Positions 37,830-49,810 of a DNA stretch of 64,000 bases are shown piece by piece; within the stretch, counting starts at the first letter, position 1, and each line of letters opens with the position of its first letter. The DNA comes from an uncultured Planctomycetia bacterium. GTDB lineage: Bacteria > Omnitrophota > Gorgyraeia > Duberdicusellales > 4484-171. The translations under genes were made by a program, and so were the position numbers. The notes under the pieces are model-generated. The model ran no database searches and was not told the DNA's origin. It saw only the letters and a program-made list of their open reading frames with translations. The DNA lies in the NCBI GenBank assembly GCA_964635565.1, contig CAZWON010000002.1, positions 14,936 to 78,935 of the forward strand. Direction: 5' to 3'.

Positions 37830-38399
37830 TTAATCTCTTTTAGAAAAAATAAGACTTAGGGTCTCCTGACGTGTCTTTTGGTTTTTACGGAAAATTCCTC
37901 GGACTACAGAAGTAGTAGTAATTGTCCCTGATTTCTTTATGCCCCGCATAGACATACACAGGTGTTCTGCTTCAATAACCACCATTACTCCTTTGGGATG
38001 AAGTTTTTTCATAATTACATCAGCTATTTTTGTAGTAAGTCGCTCTTGGACTTGAGGACGGCGAGATAAAATTTCTACTACTCTTGCTAATTTACTTAAC
38101 CCTGTTATTTTCTTATTAGGAATATAAGCAACATAAGCCTTCCCAATAAAGGGGAGAAAATGGTGCTCACATATAGAATAAAGAGGTATATTTTTTAAAA
38201 GAATAACCTCATCATGTTCCTGTTCCAATATAACTTCTAACTCTTTGTAAGGGTCTTGTGACATCCCAAAGAATATTTCTTCATACATATTTGCTACTCT
38301 CTTAGGAGTAGAGGCAATATCTCTTCTTTTTAAATCCATCCCCAATCCCTCCAACATCATCCTTACACCTTTCTCTACTTTCCTCTTATCCATAATCAC
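37830..38399 (-). CDS. folE: GTP cyclohydrolase I.
   Basis: SICEHHFLPFIGKAYVAYIP. Confidence 0.85.
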   Translation of the reverse strand: MIMDKRKVEKGVRMMLEGLGMDLKRRDIASTPKRVANMYEEIFFGMSQDPYKELEVILEQEHDEVILLKNIPLYSICEHHFLPFIGKAYVAYIPNKKITGLSKLARVVEILSRRPQVQERLTTKIADVIMKKLHPKGVMVVIEAEHLCMSMRGIKKSGTITTTSVVRGIFRKNQKTRQETLSLIFSKRD

Positions 38400-38411
38400 T
38401 CCTTTATTAAA

Positions 38412-39815
38412 CTATTTACCAATACAAAACTTGCTAAAAATTTCCTTTAGAATCTCCTCACTAATATTCTCACCCATTAATTTACCTATTTCTTCTAATG
38501 ACTCTTTTAAAGGTAAAATTATAAAATCGTAAGAATATCCTTTTTGAATAAGACCATCCGCTTCATCGATTTTTATCAATATTCTTTTAAGAATATCTTC
38601 CTGCCACTGGCTAAGAATAAATTGATTGCTTTCTGTCCTCAAGCTTTTTCTATAAGAGAGTTTAAAAATAGCCTCCTCTAATTTGTTTATTCCTATATGT
38701 TTAAGTGCACTTATTCTAACTATTGGTTTTCTAGATGGTTTTAATTTCTTAATTTCTAATCCTTTTTTTAAGTCAATTTTATTGATTACAAAAATAACAT
38801 TTTTTTCTTTTATTTTCTCCCATAAAGAAAAATCATCTTTACTTAAGTTTTGTGAAGTATCTAAAACAAAAAGAACAATATCAGCCTCTTTCAGCTTCCT
38901 ATAAGATTTCTCTATGGCTTTTTTATCAACAAAATCTTTAGGTTCTAAGATGCCCGCTGTATCAGAGATAACTACAGGCAACCCCTTTATATTAATAGTC
39001 TCTTCAACTACATCACGTGTAGTAGCAGGAATATGTGTAACAATCGCCCGTTCTTCTTTTAAGAGACAGTTAAATAACGTAGATTTTCCTACATTAGCTT
39101 TACCGCATATAACGCATTGAATTCCTTCTCGAAAAATTCTACAATCTCTACTATCCTCTAAAAATCTCTTTAAAGTATTCTTTGTCTTTCTAAGTACCCC
39201 TCTTAACTCTTTTAAATTTATAATTATTTGGTCATCGGGGAAATTTATATAAGCTTCTAATTTATAAACTAAATTTCTCAATAAGTCTTTGATAGTGTTT
39301 AACTTAGAGGAAAAATCCCCTTTAAGTTGCCTCGTTGAAGAAAGAAGAAATCTCTCTGTTTTTGCCTCTACAATATCAAGTATTGCCTGGGCTTGAATTA
39401 AATCAATCCTTCCCTTTATAAAAGCACGGTAACTGAACTCCCCCGGCTGGGCTAAACGTCCACCTCCTTTTAATACTAAAGAAAGTATCTTATTTAATAC
39501 CACAATCCCTCCATGAGAAGATATTTCTACTACATCTTCACGGGTATAAGAATAAGGTCCTCTCATTATACTTACTAAGACCTCATCTATTATCCTGGGA
39601 GCTTTTTCTTTAGAAAACCTATCAACTATCCAACCATAATGCAAGGTGTATGTTTTTTCTTCTTTTATATTTTTTTTATTTTTCGGCAGGAAAATCTTTG
39701 CGACAATAGAAAGCGCTTTACTCCCAGAAATCTTAATTACTCCTAAAGCAGAAGTTGAAGGAAAAGTTGCTATAGCAGCAATTGTATCTTTCAAATTATA
39801 GTTATTTAGCCACAT
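38412..39815 (-). CDS. mnmE: tRNA modification GTPase MnmE.
   Basis: DTIAAIATFP N-terminus. G1 GKANVGKSTLFN. C-terminal CIGK. Confidence 0.85.
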   Translation of the reverse strand: MWLNNYNLKDTIAAIATFPSTSALGVIKISGSKALSIVAKIFLPKNKKNIKEEKTYTLHYGWIVDRFSKEKAPRIIDEVLVSIMRGPYSYTREDVVEISSHGGIVVLNKILSLVLKGGGRLAQPGEFSYRAFIKGRIDLIQAQAILDIVEAKTERFLLSSTRQLKGDFSSKLNTIKDLLRNLVYKLEAYINFPDDQIIINLKELRGVLRKTKNTLKRFLEDSRDCRIFREGIQCVICGKANVGKSTLFNCLLKEERAIVTHIPATTRDVVEETINIKGLPVVISDTAGILEPKDFVDKKAIEKSYRKLKEADIVLFVLDTSQNLSKDDFSLWEKIKEKNVIFVINKIDLKKGLEIKKLKPSRKPIVRISALKHIGINKLEEAIFKLSYRKSLRTESNQFILSQWQEDILKRILIKIDEADGLIQKGYSYDFIILPLKESLEEIGKLMGENISEEILKEIFSKFCIGK

Positions 39816-41137
39816 ATTTTCCTTTTAAAAATCCTCTTTGCTTCTGCTACAAGAAAGAACGATCCACTTATTAAAATAATATACTTCTTATTATAATAAG
39901 CGTATGCAATTTTTAAAGCATTTTTCAGACTATTTGTAATATCTGCTTTCAGGTTGGTAATAGAAGCCATTTTGAAAGGATTAAAGGAACGGGGGTTACA
40001 AAAAGAAGTAAAAATTAATTTATCATAATGGATTAAAGAAAGCATCTTCTTTATGTCTTTATCTTTTGAAGCGGAAAAAATAAGAATGACCTTCCTTTCA
40101 GGAAAATATGTTTTTAAACACTGTGCCAATACTTTAAAAGAAGATGGATTATGTGCTATATCTAAAAGTATGAAGGGATTTTTATTTACTAACTCAAACC
40201 TTCCTTCTAAAAAAGTTTCTCTTAAAGCTTTCCTAATAAATTTTTTATTATTCCCTATAATCAAATGAGTAGCCATAATCGCTAAAGAAGCATTCTCTAT
40301 CTGGTGCATTCCTTTTAAAGAAATACATACGTTTTTCATCTTAAATTGATTAAAATTAAAATCAAAGTAGCTATAATTTCTCATTAATTTAACATTAGAA
40401 AAACAAAAGTCTCTATTTAAAACAAAAAGGGGAGAATTTGTTGCTTTAACTTTTTTAAAAATTACAGCAGCTGCGTCTTTTTCTTGTTGAGCAGTTACAA
40501 CAGGAATGTTCCTTTTTATAATCCCTGCTTTTTGATAAGCGATATCTTTTATGTACCTTCCCAATTTTTGAATATGATCGTATCCTATATGGGTAATAAT
40601 GCTTACCAGTGGTTTAATTATATTAGTAGCATCAAAACGACCTCCCAAGCCCACCTCTAAAACAACATAATCAAGTTTTTTATCAAGAAAATATTTAAAA
40701 GCCAATGCGGTATATACCTCAAAAAAAGTTATTTTGCCAAACTCTTCAGTAAAACGTATCTTCTCTAAATAGGGTTTAAATTCCTCTATGATTTTTACCA
40801 CATCTTTAGAAGAAATCTTTCTTCTTATTATTTTTGTATTTTTATTTTCTAATACTTCTATCCTTTCTCTTAAATCTTTAAAATGAGGGGAAGTATAAAG
40901 ACCAACCCTAAACCCACTTTTAGCCAATATATAAGCAACAAAATTAGCACAAGAGCCCTTCCCTTTGGTGCCAGCAATATGAATGGCTTTCAATTTTCTG
41001 TAAGGAATATTCAGAATAGAAAAAAGGTATCTCACCCGTTTAAGCTTTATAGTTTTTTTATAAATATAATTATTATCTCTTTCATAATTAATAAATGTAT
41101 CTAAATAATCCTTAGTTTGTTTAAAATTTACCTTCAT
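39806..41137 (-). CDS. folC: Folylpolyglutamate synthase / dihydrofolate synthase (Mur ligase family).
   Basis: IHIAGTKGKGSCANFV. Confidence 0.75.
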   Translation of the reverse strand: MKVNFKQTKDYLDTFINYERDNNYIYKKTIKLKRVRYLFSILNIPYRKLKAIHIAGTKGKGSCANFVAYILAKSGFRVGLYTSPHFKDLRERIEVLENKNTKIIRRKISSKDVVKIIEEFKPYLEKIRFTEEFGKITFFEVYTALAFKYFLDKKLDYVVLEVGLGGRFDATNIIKPLVSIITHIGYDHIQKLGRYIKDIAYQKAGIIKRNIPVVTAQQEKDAAAVIFKKVKATNSPLFVLNRDFCFSNVKLMRNYSYFDFNFNQFKMKNVCISLKGMHQIENASLAIMATHLIIGNNKKFIRKALRETFLEGRFELVNKNPFILLDIAHNPSSFKVLAQCLKTYFPERKVILIFSASKDKDIKKMLSLIHYDKLIFTSFCNPRSFNPFKMASITNLKADITNSLKNALKIAYAYYNKKYIILISGSFFLVAEAKRIFKRKICG

Positions 41138-41175
41138 TTAAACTTTAATAGCGACTAAAGAAGATTTATGATTTA

Positions 41176-42690
41176 TTAATGGCGGAAATGGCGGATGCCC
41201 GTAAATATCATAGAAATATGATACTTATTACATAGGTCTATAATCTTCTCATCCTCTATAGAACCGCCTGGCTGGATTATTGCTTTTATACCATATTTTT
41301 TGACAAGCTTTATGGCATCATCTTTGGGGAAAAACGCTTCCGAGGCAATCACTGCACCCTTAGGAGATTTACAGGCATTCTCTATAGCAACTCTAACTGC
41401 TCCTACACGTGAGGGCTGACCCGTCCCTATTCCTATGGTAGCAAGATTTTTGGCAATTACCACAGCATTAGATTTGACAAACTTCACTACCTTCCAAGCA
41501 AAAAAAAGGTCTTTTGTCTCTTTAGCAGTAGGTCTTTTTTTAGTTACTATTTTAAGATTGCTTTTCTCCCAACTTATAGTATCAAGATCCTGAACTAAAT
41601 ACCCAAAAGAAGTCCTCTTAATATCTTTTGCCTGAGGTCTCTTAGCAAAATCTGCCTCAATAACTCTTAAGCTTCTCTTCTCAGAAAAGATACGTATTGA
41701 TTCCTTAGAGTAGTTAGGGGCAATAATGCATTCTCTAAAACCACTTTTTATAATTTCCTTTGCTGTTTTTTTATCCACTTTACGATTTAAACCTATAACT
41801 CCTCCAAAACTAGAAAGAGAATCTGCTTTATAGGCTTTAATATAAGCCTTATATATATTCTTATCAATGGCAACACCGCAAGGAGAAAGATGTTTTATTA
41901 CAACAGAAGCAGGGTCAGAAAATTCCTGCAAAAGCAAAAGCGCACTATCTAAATCTAAAAGATTATTAAAGGAAATCTGTCTGCCTTGTAACTGCTTAAA
42001 GACAACCCTATCTTCATTTATTAACCGAAAAAGAACAGCTTTCTGATGAGGATTCTCTCCATATCTTAATTTAGCAAGTCTTTCTAAATTCCAAATCAAC
42101 ACATCTTTATTTGTAAGATAACTGTAAATATAACTGTCATATTCTTTAGTTAATCTGAAAACTTCACAAGCAAGCTCTCTTAATGTGTGTTCACTGATAG
42201 AACCTTTGTTTTTTTCCATCTCGGATATGATCATTTTATATTGATGGGGAGAACTTATACAAGCTACATTTCTAAAATTTTTAGCAGCGGCACGTAAAAG
42301 TGCAGGCCCTCCAATATCAATATATTCTAACATCTGACCAAAACTTAAATTTTCTTCCAGCATTTTTTTAAAAGGGTAAAAATTTACCACCACCATATCA
42401 ATTGGCTCTATATTTAAATTTTTTATCTCCTCTAAATGTAAAGGGTGCTTCTTATTTGCCAAAATAGCACCAAATACTTTGGGATGAAGAGTTTTTACTC
42501 TCCCGGAAAGAATCTCAGGAAATCCTGTAAGATTAGAGACTTCCTTTACAGAAATTCCACTTTTATGCAAAAGGGAAGCTGTCTTCCCTGTAGATATTAT
42601 TTCCACATTAAAATTTTTTAATTTCCGGACTAACTCAATAACTCCATGCTTATCCCATACACTTATAATCGCTCTTCTTATCTTTAACAT
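41176..42690 (-). CDS. purH: Bifunctional AICAR transformylase / IMP cyclohydrolase.
   Basis: RRAIISVWDKHGVIELVRKL...TGGTA-like N-terminus and full length. Confidence 0.85.
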   Translation of the reverse strand: MLKIRRAIISVWDKHGVIELVRKLKNFNVEIISTGKTASLLHKSGISVKEVSNLTGFPEILSGRVKTLHPKVFGAILANKKHPLHLEEIKNLNIEPIDMVVVNFYPFKKMLEENLSFGQMLEYIDIGGPALLRAAAKNFRNVACISSPHQYKMIISEMEKNKGSISEHTLRELACEVFRLTKEYDSYIYSYLTNKDVLIWNLERLAKLRYGENPHQKAVLFRLINEDRVVFKQLQGRQISFNNLLDLDSALLLLQEFSDPASVVIKHLSPCGVAIDKNIYKAYIKAYKADSLSSFGGVIGLNRKVDKKTAKEIIKSGFRECIIAPNYSKESIRIFSEKRSLRVIEADFAKRPQAKDIKRTSFGYLVQDLDTISWEKSNLKIVTKKRPTAKETKDLFFAWKVVKFVKSNAVVIAKNLATIGIGTGQPSRVGAVRVAIENACKSPKGAVIASEAFFPKDDAIKLVKKYGIKAIIQPGGSIEDEKIIDLCNKYHISMIFTGIRHFRH

Positions 42691-42692
42691 CG

Positions 42693-43364
42693 CTATACCT
42701 TAAACTTTATATTTATAATATCTCCCTCCTCAACAATATAATCCCTATCCACAATCTTCATTACACCTCTTGCTTTGGCGCTGGATGGGTTATCAAAACT
42801 ATCTAAGTCTTTTATGTTATAAACTTCTGCACGAATAAATCCTTTTGCTAAATCCGTATGAATTTTACCTGCAGCCTCAATTATATTCCTTCCCCTTTTC
42901 AATAACCATCCTTTTATCTCATTACTATTGACAGTAAAAAAAGATATATACCCACAAACTTCAAGAATCTTCTTTAAAAGCGCTAAGGTATCCTCATTAT
43001 TAAAAATCACTAATGGCCTTGCTGTTAAAAAAGCATATTCTTTTATCTGGGAAATTTTAGAAAAAGAAAGATTGCCAAAAATAGGCTTCTCTTTTTCTAA
43101 AAGATCTTTTATCTCACTTAACAGTTCTTTGAGAGAAGTTTTCTCCCACAATCTATCTATCTTTTCTAAATCTTGAATTATATAGCTAATTAAATTCTCT
43201 TCTTTAATAAGTAAACACTCGCATAAGGTAGGATTCTGGTTAGTAAATTCTATAGAAATAAAAGTTAATTTTTTTGATTTAAACCTCTCTTGAAGTTTAT
43301 TTAAACGAATATCTTTATAGGTCTTCTTACCCATTAACTCTTCTATCTCTGTAAATACCTTCAC
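42693..43364 (-). CDS. YchF/Ola1 C-terminal (helical plus TGS/DUF933) domain protein lacking the GTPase domain. GTG start overlaps the EF-G-like stop (GAGTGAAGG).
   Basis: AFLTARPLVIFNNED and AAGKIHTDLAKGFIRAEVYNIKD match the YchF C-terminal half. No P-loop. Confidence 0.55.
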   Translation of the reverse strand: MKVFTEIEELMGKKTYKDIRLNKLQERFKSKKLTFISIEFTNQNPTLCECLLIKEENLISYIIQDLEKIDRLWEKTSLKELLSEIKDLLEKEKPIFGNLSFSKISQIKEYAFLTARPLVIFNNEDTLALLKKILEVCGYISFFTVNSNEIKGWLLKRGRNIIEAAGKIHTDLAKGFIRAEVYNIKDLDSFDNPSSAKARGVMKIVDRDYIVEEGDIINIKFKV

Positions 43365-45361
43365 TCTTCTTCTTTTGTCTTCTTTGCTTTAGCAATAATC
43401 CCCTGAGCAATCCGATTAGGCACTATCTCATAATGAGAAAAACTCATCGTATAACTTCCTCTTCCTCCTGTAACTGATCTTAAATCAGAAGCATATTTAA
43501 ACATCTCTGCCAAAGGAACCTGGGCTTTTACTACCTGACTTTTACCTTTGGGTTCCATCCCTAATACTTTACCCCTGCGACCATTAATATCACCCGCAAT
43601 CTGGCCCATAAACTCATCAGGGACTACTATCTCTACATTCATAACTGGTTCTAAAAGCACACTACCTGCCTGTTCTAAAGCTTTCTTAAGAGCCATTGAA
43701 CCAGCTATTTGAAAGGCAATATCTGAAGAATCCACAGGATGGTAAGAACCATCATATAAAATTACTCTTATATCTGTAATAGGGTATCCTGCTAAGATAC
43801 CTTCGGCCATTGCCTTTCTTATCCCTTTCTCCACAGAAGGAATGAAATTACGGGGAATAGCCCCTCCTACAATTTTATCTACAAATTCAAAATTCTTACC
43901 ACGCTCTAAAGGCTCTACTTCAATCCAGACATCTCCATATTGACCACGTCCACCTGTCTGCTTTTTATATTTCCCCTGGACTTTAACGGATTTTGTTATG
44001 GTCTCCTGATAAGGAACCTTGGGTGTTCCTAACTCTACATTTGCCTGATACTTCCGTTTCATTCTCTCAATAATAACATTAAGATGTAACTCTCCCATCC
44101 CAGAAATAATTAATTCCTTAGTTTGGGTATCCCGCGAGACTCCAAAAGTAGGATCTTCACTAGTAAGCCGTGAAAGGGCAGTAGAAATTCTTTCTTCATC
44201 CTGACGGGTCTTTGGTTTTACAGAAGCAGAATAAGCAGGAGAGGGAAATTGTAAAGGAGAAAAGACTAATGGCTTTGAACTACTACAAAGGGTATCCTGA
44301 GTCTGTGTATTTTTTAATTTAGCTACTGCTCCTATATCACCAGCATACAAAATATCCTTTGCAACCTGCTGTTTTCCTTGAAGAGCATAAAGCTGACCAA
44401 ACTTCTCCTTATGACCTTTGGTAGCATTGAATACTTCTGTATTGGAAGAAACTTTTCCTGAAAACACTCTAAAAATATTAAGTTGACCCACATAAGGATC
44501 AATTATAGTCTTAAAAACTTGAGCACTGAAAAATGTTTCAACAGCGGGAGAAACCTCAATATCATTGCCTTTAGAATCTTTTGCTCTCCGCGAAAAATAA
44601 TCTCCTACTGCGGGCATAATATCAACAATTAAATCTAATAATACATCTATACCTTTTTGCTCTAAGGCCACTCCTCCTACGATAGGGAAGATTTGAGAAT
44701 TTAATATAGCCTTCTTTAACGCAGTATTTAACTCTTCCTCTTCTAAAACCTCTCCTTCTAAATATTTTTCCAGCAAAGAATCATCGCTTTCCGCAATCAT
44801 CTCTATGAGCGAACTGTAAAGAGAGCTATCTTTGTCTTTGTTCTTTAGGATATTTAAAATAGTATCTTTTTCAATTAAAGAAAAAACGGTTGCTCTTTTT
44901 GTTAAGGTATTTTTTATTTCCTCTACTATTTTGTTAAAATCCGTATTTTCTTTATCTAATTTATTAATAAAGAACATACAGGGGATATTTTCTTTTCTTA
45001 AAAGCTCCCAAGCTTTTTCTGTACCAACCTCTATGCCTCCTGTAGCATCTACTACAAGAACAGCAAAATCAACTGCCCTTATAGCAGAAATTAACTCTCC
45101 AATAAAATCTAAATAACCAGGGGTATCTATAAATTGCAGAATATTATCTTTATATTTAGCATTCAAAACAGAAAGATTTATAGAGCTTTTTCTTTCTTTC
45201 TCATCTTCCTCATAGTCGCTTAAAGTAGTACCATCATCTACTTTTCCTAACCGGGTAGTTGCCCCACACTTAAAGAGTAGAGCCTCACCTAATGTGGTTT
45301 TTCCTCCTTGGGCATGGCCACATAAAAGAAAAATCTTCTTCTTTGCTAAACTACTCTCCAT
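43361..45361 (-). CDS. Elongation factor G-like translational GTPase (EF-G paralog, 666 aa).
   Basis: G1 GHAQGGKTTL, DTPGYLDF, domain IV HPVDSSDIAF. Confidence 0.75.
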   Translation of the reverse strand: MESSLAKKKIFLLCGHAQGGKTTLGEALLFKCGATTRLGKVDDGTTLSDYEEDEKERKSSINLSVLNAKYKDNILQFIDTPGYLDFIGELISAIRAVDFAVLVVDATGGIEVGTEKAWELLRKENIPCMFFINKLDKENTDFNKIVEEIKNTLTKRATVFSLIEKDTILNILKNKDKDSSLYSSLIEMIAESDDSLLEKYLEGEVLEEEELNTALKKAILNSQIFPIVGGVALEQKGIDVLLDLIVDIMPAVGDYFSRRAKDSKGNDIEVSPAVETFFSAQVFKTIIDPYVGQLNIFRVFSGKVSSNTEVFNATKGHKEKFGQLYALQGKQQVAKDILYAGDIGAVAKLKNTQTQDTLCSSSKPLVFSPLQFPSPAYSASVKPKTRQDEERISTALSRLTSEDPTFGVSRDTQTKELIISGMGELHLNVIIERMKRKYQANVELGTPKVPYQETITKSVKVQGKYKKQTGGRGQYGDVWIEVEPLERGKNFEFVDKIVGGAIPRNFIPSVEKGIRKAMAEGILAGYPITDIRVILYDGSYHPVDSSDIAFQIAGSMALKKALEQAGSVLLEPVMNVEIVVPDEFMGQIAGDINGRRGKVLGMEPKGKSQVVKAQVPLAEMFKYASDLRSVTGGRGSYTMSFSHYEIVPNRIAQGIIAKAKKTKEEE

Positions 45362-45558
45362 AATCCTCCTTTTGTTAGGGAAATTAAATTCTTTAAGGAT
45401 GCTATTTTTTAAGAAACTTTATTATATTAAAAATACCTCAACCCGTCAACTAAACTCCCTAAAAAATGGATATCTAAAGAAAAATATATTTTATATTTGT
45501 AACTTACTGATTTTCTTTAAATTAGAATAATTAAGATTTTTAAGAAACTGGTTAAATC

Positions 45559-47094
45559 TTATGCGGGCCGGTATTTTCCTCTAAAAATAGTCAATTCTAA
45601 GAAAGCCTGCAGTCTTCGAGAACGGCTGGGATGACGAAGCTTCTTTAAAGCTTTTGACTCTATCTGTCGGATTCTCTCTCTAGTAACCTTAAAAACATTG
45701 CCTACTTCTTCTAAAGTTTTAGGCGAACCGTCCTCTAAACCAAATCGTAAGATAAGAATCTGCCTTTCTCTCTCTGTAAGAGACTCCATAGCTTGAGTAA
45801 TCTCTTCTTTTAACATGGAATAAACAGTAGCATTAGCAGGAGAAGTAGCTTTCTTGTCCTCTATAAAATCCCCAAAATAAGTATCTCCATCATCACCTAT
45901 AGGAGTATGAATAGATATAGGCTGTTGAGAAACCTTAAGGATATCTTTTATTTTTGACAATGGCAATCTTAATTCTTTAGCAAGCTCTTCAGGAGTAGGC
46001 TCTACACCTTTTTCTTGGATGTAAAGACGGGATATCCGGATAATCTTATTAATAGTCTCTGTCATATGGACAGGTATCCTTATGGTGCGAGCTTGATCTG
46101 CAATTGCACGTGTTATTGCCTGTCTAATCCACCAAGTAGCATAAGTAGAGAATTTATAACCTCTTTTATATTCAAATTTTTCTACTGCCTTGATTAAACC
46201 AATATTTCCTTCCTGAATTAAATCTAAAAAAGATAATCCACGATTAACATACTTCTTAGCAATGCTTACTACCAATCTTAAATTAGCTTCAACAAGAGTC
46301 TTTTTAGCTTTATTATAATAATGCTGTTTTGCTAAAATGATCTTAAACTTCTCATGGAGATGACGAGGGTTAAACAACAATCGACGCATTAACCTATTTC
46401 TCCTTCTGACAAGAGAATTTGCCAATTTTCTTTTATGTCTTCCTTTTAAACGTTTAAGTTTCCTATTTATAGAATCAATTTCTCTCATCGTAGTCTTCAT
46501 ACGAAAAATTATATTTTCTATCACGCTTATAGTAAAATTAAATTTATTAAGAACTTTCCTTTGAGAATCCAATCTTCTGATACGCCTTAATTGAGTTATA
46601 AGCTTTTTAATTCTTCTTATTTCTCTCTCTTTATTTTTTATCTCTCCTTTTACAAAGTCATCAGGATTAAGCTCTCCCTTAATAAGCTTATCGCAAATAT
46701 TTAAAAAAGCCTCTTTGGCAATATTAGTTTCAAATATCTCCTTTCTTAAGGCACTTTCTTTTTCTTCTATTTCTTTCGCCAGTTCTATCTCATTTTCCCG
46801 GGAAAGCAGAGGAATTTGACCCATCTGCTTTAGATACATCTTTACAGGGTCGTCGATAGGTAAAGTTGCCGGAGAGACAGTCTTCTTCGTCCTCTCCCAT
46901 TGATCTACTTCTGCTGTCTCTAAAATATTTATATTTTGATTACCGAGGCGGTCCAAAATAAAATCCATATCATCAGCGGTAATAATCTCCTCAGAAAGAA
47001 AATGGTTTATCTCATCATATGTAAGGTATCCTTTCTTCTTGCCCAAATCAATCAATTGACCGATGTTTCTTTCTAAAATCTTCTGTTTAACCAT
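45559..47094 (-). CDS. rpoD: RNA polymerase sigma-70 factor RpoD.
   Basis: [54 protein letters not shown]. Confidence 0.9.
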   Translation of the reverse strand: MVKQKILERNIGQLIDLGKKKGYLTYDEINHFLSEEIITADDMDFILDRLGNQNINILETAEVDQWERTKKTVSPATLPIDDPVKMYLKQMGQIPLLSRENEIELAKEIEEKESALRKEIFETNIAKEAFLNICDKLIKGELNPDDFVKGEIKNKEREIRRIKKLITQLRRIRRLDSQRKVLNKFNFTISVIENIIFRMKTTMREIDSINRKLKRLKGRHKRKLANSLVRRRNRLMRRLLFNPRHLHEKFKIILAKQHYYNKAKKTLVEANLRLVVSIAKKYVNRGLSFLDLIQEGNIGLIKAVEKFEYKRGYKFSTYATWWIRQAITRAIADQARTIRIPVHMTETINKIIRISRLYIQEKGVEPTPEELAKELRLPLSKIKDILKVSQQPISIHTPIGDDGDTYFGDFIEDKKATSPANATVYSMLKEEITQAMESLTERERQILILRFGLEDGSPKTLEEVGNVFKVTRERIRQIESKALKKLRHPSRSRRLQAFLELTIFRGKYRPA

Positions 47095-48832
47095 TTCTTA
47101 CCTCGCTATTAATCTTATTAAATCTCGCCATTAATTCTCTTACTCTTGCTGTATCGTGAAGACTTTCAGCTTGACGAATCTGCTGTTTTATCTCCTCCCT
47201 TATAGTCTTTAGGCGGTTTCTCCTGAGTTTCGCCACGCAATCTTTCAACAAATTTTTATCAATCTTAACACCATCATCCATCATTATCTCCGACAAAAAA
47301 CTACTGATTTCTTTATCGTTTATAATCCCCAATAAATCTCTGTAAGTAAAAGACGGCTGTTCTTTTACTTTCTCCATAAAAAGAGTAAACGTCTTTTTTG
47401 CTAAAGGGTGCGAAAAATCTCCTGCATTAAGTTTATCTTTTAATGCATAGGAGACTTTTTTATTAGAAAACATACTTTTTATGACTATCTTTTCTACCAA
47501 AGGAATCGTCTCTATCCTTTTTGCAAAAAATGCCCCTTCTCTTCTTATATTTTTATCTATCTTTCTTATCTCAGATAAAAGCACTGTCTCTTTTACTTTT
47601 AATATCTGAGAAAGTTTCTTTATGTATTCGTATTTTTCTACTTCACTGGTAAGTTTACTAATGGTACCAAGCAGTTCTTCTGCAATCTTTACTTTCCCTT
47701 CAATACTTTCAATATCATAAAGATTGCGAAAAATATCAACTTTATAATCGAAAAAATCAATTCTTTTTTCTAAAAGAGATAAGACAAACTTAACCCCTTT
47801 TTCTCTTATTGCTAAATCTAAATCTAATCCTTTAGGGATCTGGGCAATTTCTGCCTTCATTCCTTCTTCTATAAGAGAGTCTACTGCTTTTAAAGTTGCT
47901 TTTTCCCCTGCTTTATCAGAATCAAAAACAAGAATTATATTGTTAGTGTATCGCTTAATAATCCTGATTTGTTCTATGGTAAGGGCGGTTCCTAAGCTCG
48001 CAACTATATTCTTAATGCCACAGGCAAAAGGAGTAATCATATCCAAATAACCTTCGGTAACAATAACGCTATTTTTGTTTACAATCTCCTCCTTAGAAAG
48101 ACTAAGGCCAAATAAATGTTCTCTTTTACTATATAAAATGTTTTCAAAAGAATTGATATACTTAGGCACATCTTTTTTATCCTTAATAATTCTTGCCCCA
48201 AAACCTACAGGTCTTTTGCGAACATCATAAATAGGGAAAATTATTCTATCTCTAAATAAATCAACATAACTGCCATTTTGCTTTGAAACTACTAATGATG
48301 CTTTCTCTAAAATGTCTATAGTAACTCCTCTTTTGCGCATATATCCAATCAGCCTGTTCCCTAAAGGAGCATATCCTATGCTAAACATATCCACTATTTC
48401 TTTATTTATCCCTCTTGAGTTCAAATAATCTAACGCTTCTTTTGCAGATGGTAAGGAAATTAAATTATTATGAAAAAAACTACACGCCTCCTTTACTACA
48501 TCATAGAGAATAATTTTTAACCTATCTTTTGATGAAACCTTTTGATAAGGAATGGATATCCCTAATCGGCGTGCCAAAAATTCTACACTCTCTATAAAGC
48601 TCATCCGTTCATACAACATAAGAAACTGTAAAACCCCTCCTCCTTGACCACAACCAAAACAGTGAAAAATCTGTCGCTGAGGACTTACAAAAAAAGAAGG
48701 GGTCTTCTCATTATGAAAAGGACAAAGAGCTTTGAAATTCCTTCCTGCTCTTTTTAGAGGAATATAGCTAGAAATTAAATCAACAATGTCTGTCTTCTCT
48801 TGAATCTCTTCTATAAATCCTTGAGGAATCAT
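47087..48832 (-). CDS. dnaG: DNA primase.
   Basis: Zn-finger [13 protein letters not shown]...HCFGCG. Toprim region. Confidence 0.85.
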   Translation of the reverse strand: MIPQGFIEEIQEKTDIVDLISSYIPLKRAGRNFKALCPFHNEKTPSFFVSPQRQIFHCFGCGQGGGVLQFLMLYERMSFIESVEFLARRLGISIPYQKVSSKDRLKIILYDVVKEACSFFHNNLISLPSAKEALDYLNSRGINKEIVDMFSIGYAPLGNRLIGYMRKRGVTIDILEKASLVVSKQNGSYVDLFRDRIIFPIYDVRKRPVGFGARIIKDKKDVPKYINSFENILYSKREHLFGLSLSKEEIVNKNSVIVTEGYLDMITPFACGIKNIVASLGTALTIEQIRIIKRYTNNIILVFDSDKAGEKATLKAVDSLIEEGMKAEIAQIPKGLDLDLAIREKGVKFVLSLLEKRIDFFDYKVDIFRNLYDIESIEGKVKIAEELLGTISKLTSEVEKYEYIKKLSQILKVKETVLLSEIRKIDKNIRREGAFFAKRIETIPLVEKIVIKSMFSNKKVSYALKDKLNAGDFSHPLAKKTFTLFMEKVKEQPSFTYRDLLGIINDKEISSFLSEIMMDDGVKIDKNLLKDCVAKLRRNRLKTIREEIKQQIRQAESLHDTARVRELMARFNKINSEVRNG

Positions 48833-48850
48833 TTTTCTCTTTAATAAATT

Positions 48851-49810
48851 TTATTTTTTATGAGAAAATCTCTTGAATCCTGAGAATTCATAAATTTTAA
48901 TTTTTTCTTTAGAAGTAAGATAGTCTAACATAAGATTAATTCCTAAAGTATCTGAGGCGATATGAGAAGCAACAATCACATTGATATGTTCTTTTTTACA
49001 CTGTTTAAAATGCTCCTCAGACTGATGCATAGTTATAATAGTATCTATACCAGCATTAGAGAGCTTGTTATAAATATCTTGGGGACCTTCCGTACCTCCT
49101 GTAAACTCTATATGAACCTTAGAAACTCTACTTTTAGGATTACCGATAAAAATCTTTGGGGGATTATTATTTTTTGCTGCCTCTTTGTATTCGGGTATTT
49201 CAACAAAAAGGTCAATAATATCCTTAAGATATCTAGGTTTTTCCTTTGCTATTTCTTTCTCAATATAGCGGTAGGCTAAATTATCCGCAGGGGTATGTAT
49301 ACACATAAAGTTTAAATTTAGCCAGCGTGCAATATCAATAGCTCGCAGATGATTTGCTGAGCCTACGCGCCTTTCTACTTGGGACTTTCTCTCATAAAGA
49401 AGACTTTCTGCTACACTTAAATTTACCCCTTGCTTCTTAAACATATCTACCTGTAAATCCATTACATCATAAAAATTGGCGTAAGCCTTTCCCTGGGGAT
49501 GATGAGCAATAACAAGGTCAATTTTTATCCCCTTTTCCTTAAGTCGATCCACAAGAAGAAACTCTCCCCCCTCAACATCGATACCTACAATAGCAGAACG
49601 AATATTACTACTTTCCTTTCCCCAGAGAATTCTTGTATCGCTAAAAGGATTAAACAGAGAATCTTTATCATAAAACTCTTTTTCTTTAAGCTCTAAAGCT
49701 TCAAATTCCTTCTTGCGCTTTTTTAAAAGTGTTTCTATGGCTTTTTTACCTCGGGGATCAGCCTCAATACCTTTTTTTATTACTTCCTGGTAAATTTTTG
49801 ACAGCTTCAT
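48851..49810 (-). CDS. NIF3/YqfO-family dinuclear metal centre protein (tentative).
   Basis: DLVIAHHPQG and the position next to dnaG-rpoD. Confidence 0.45.
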   Translation of the reverse strand: MKLSKIYQEVIKKGIEADPRGKKAIETLLKKRKKEFEALELKEKEFYDKDSLFNPFSDTRILWGKESSNIRSAIVGIDVEGGEFLLVDRLKEKGIKIDLVIAHHPQGKAYANFYDVMDLQVDMFKKQGVNLSVAESLLYERKSQVERRVGSANHLRAIDIARWLNLNFMCIHTPADNLAYRYIEKEIAKEKPRYLKDIIDLFVEIPEYKEAAKNNNPPKIFIGNPKSRVSKVHIEFTGGTEGPQDIYNKLSNAGIDTIITMHQSEEHFKQCKKEHINVIVASHIASDTLGINLMLDYLTSKEKIKIYEFSGFKRFSHKK

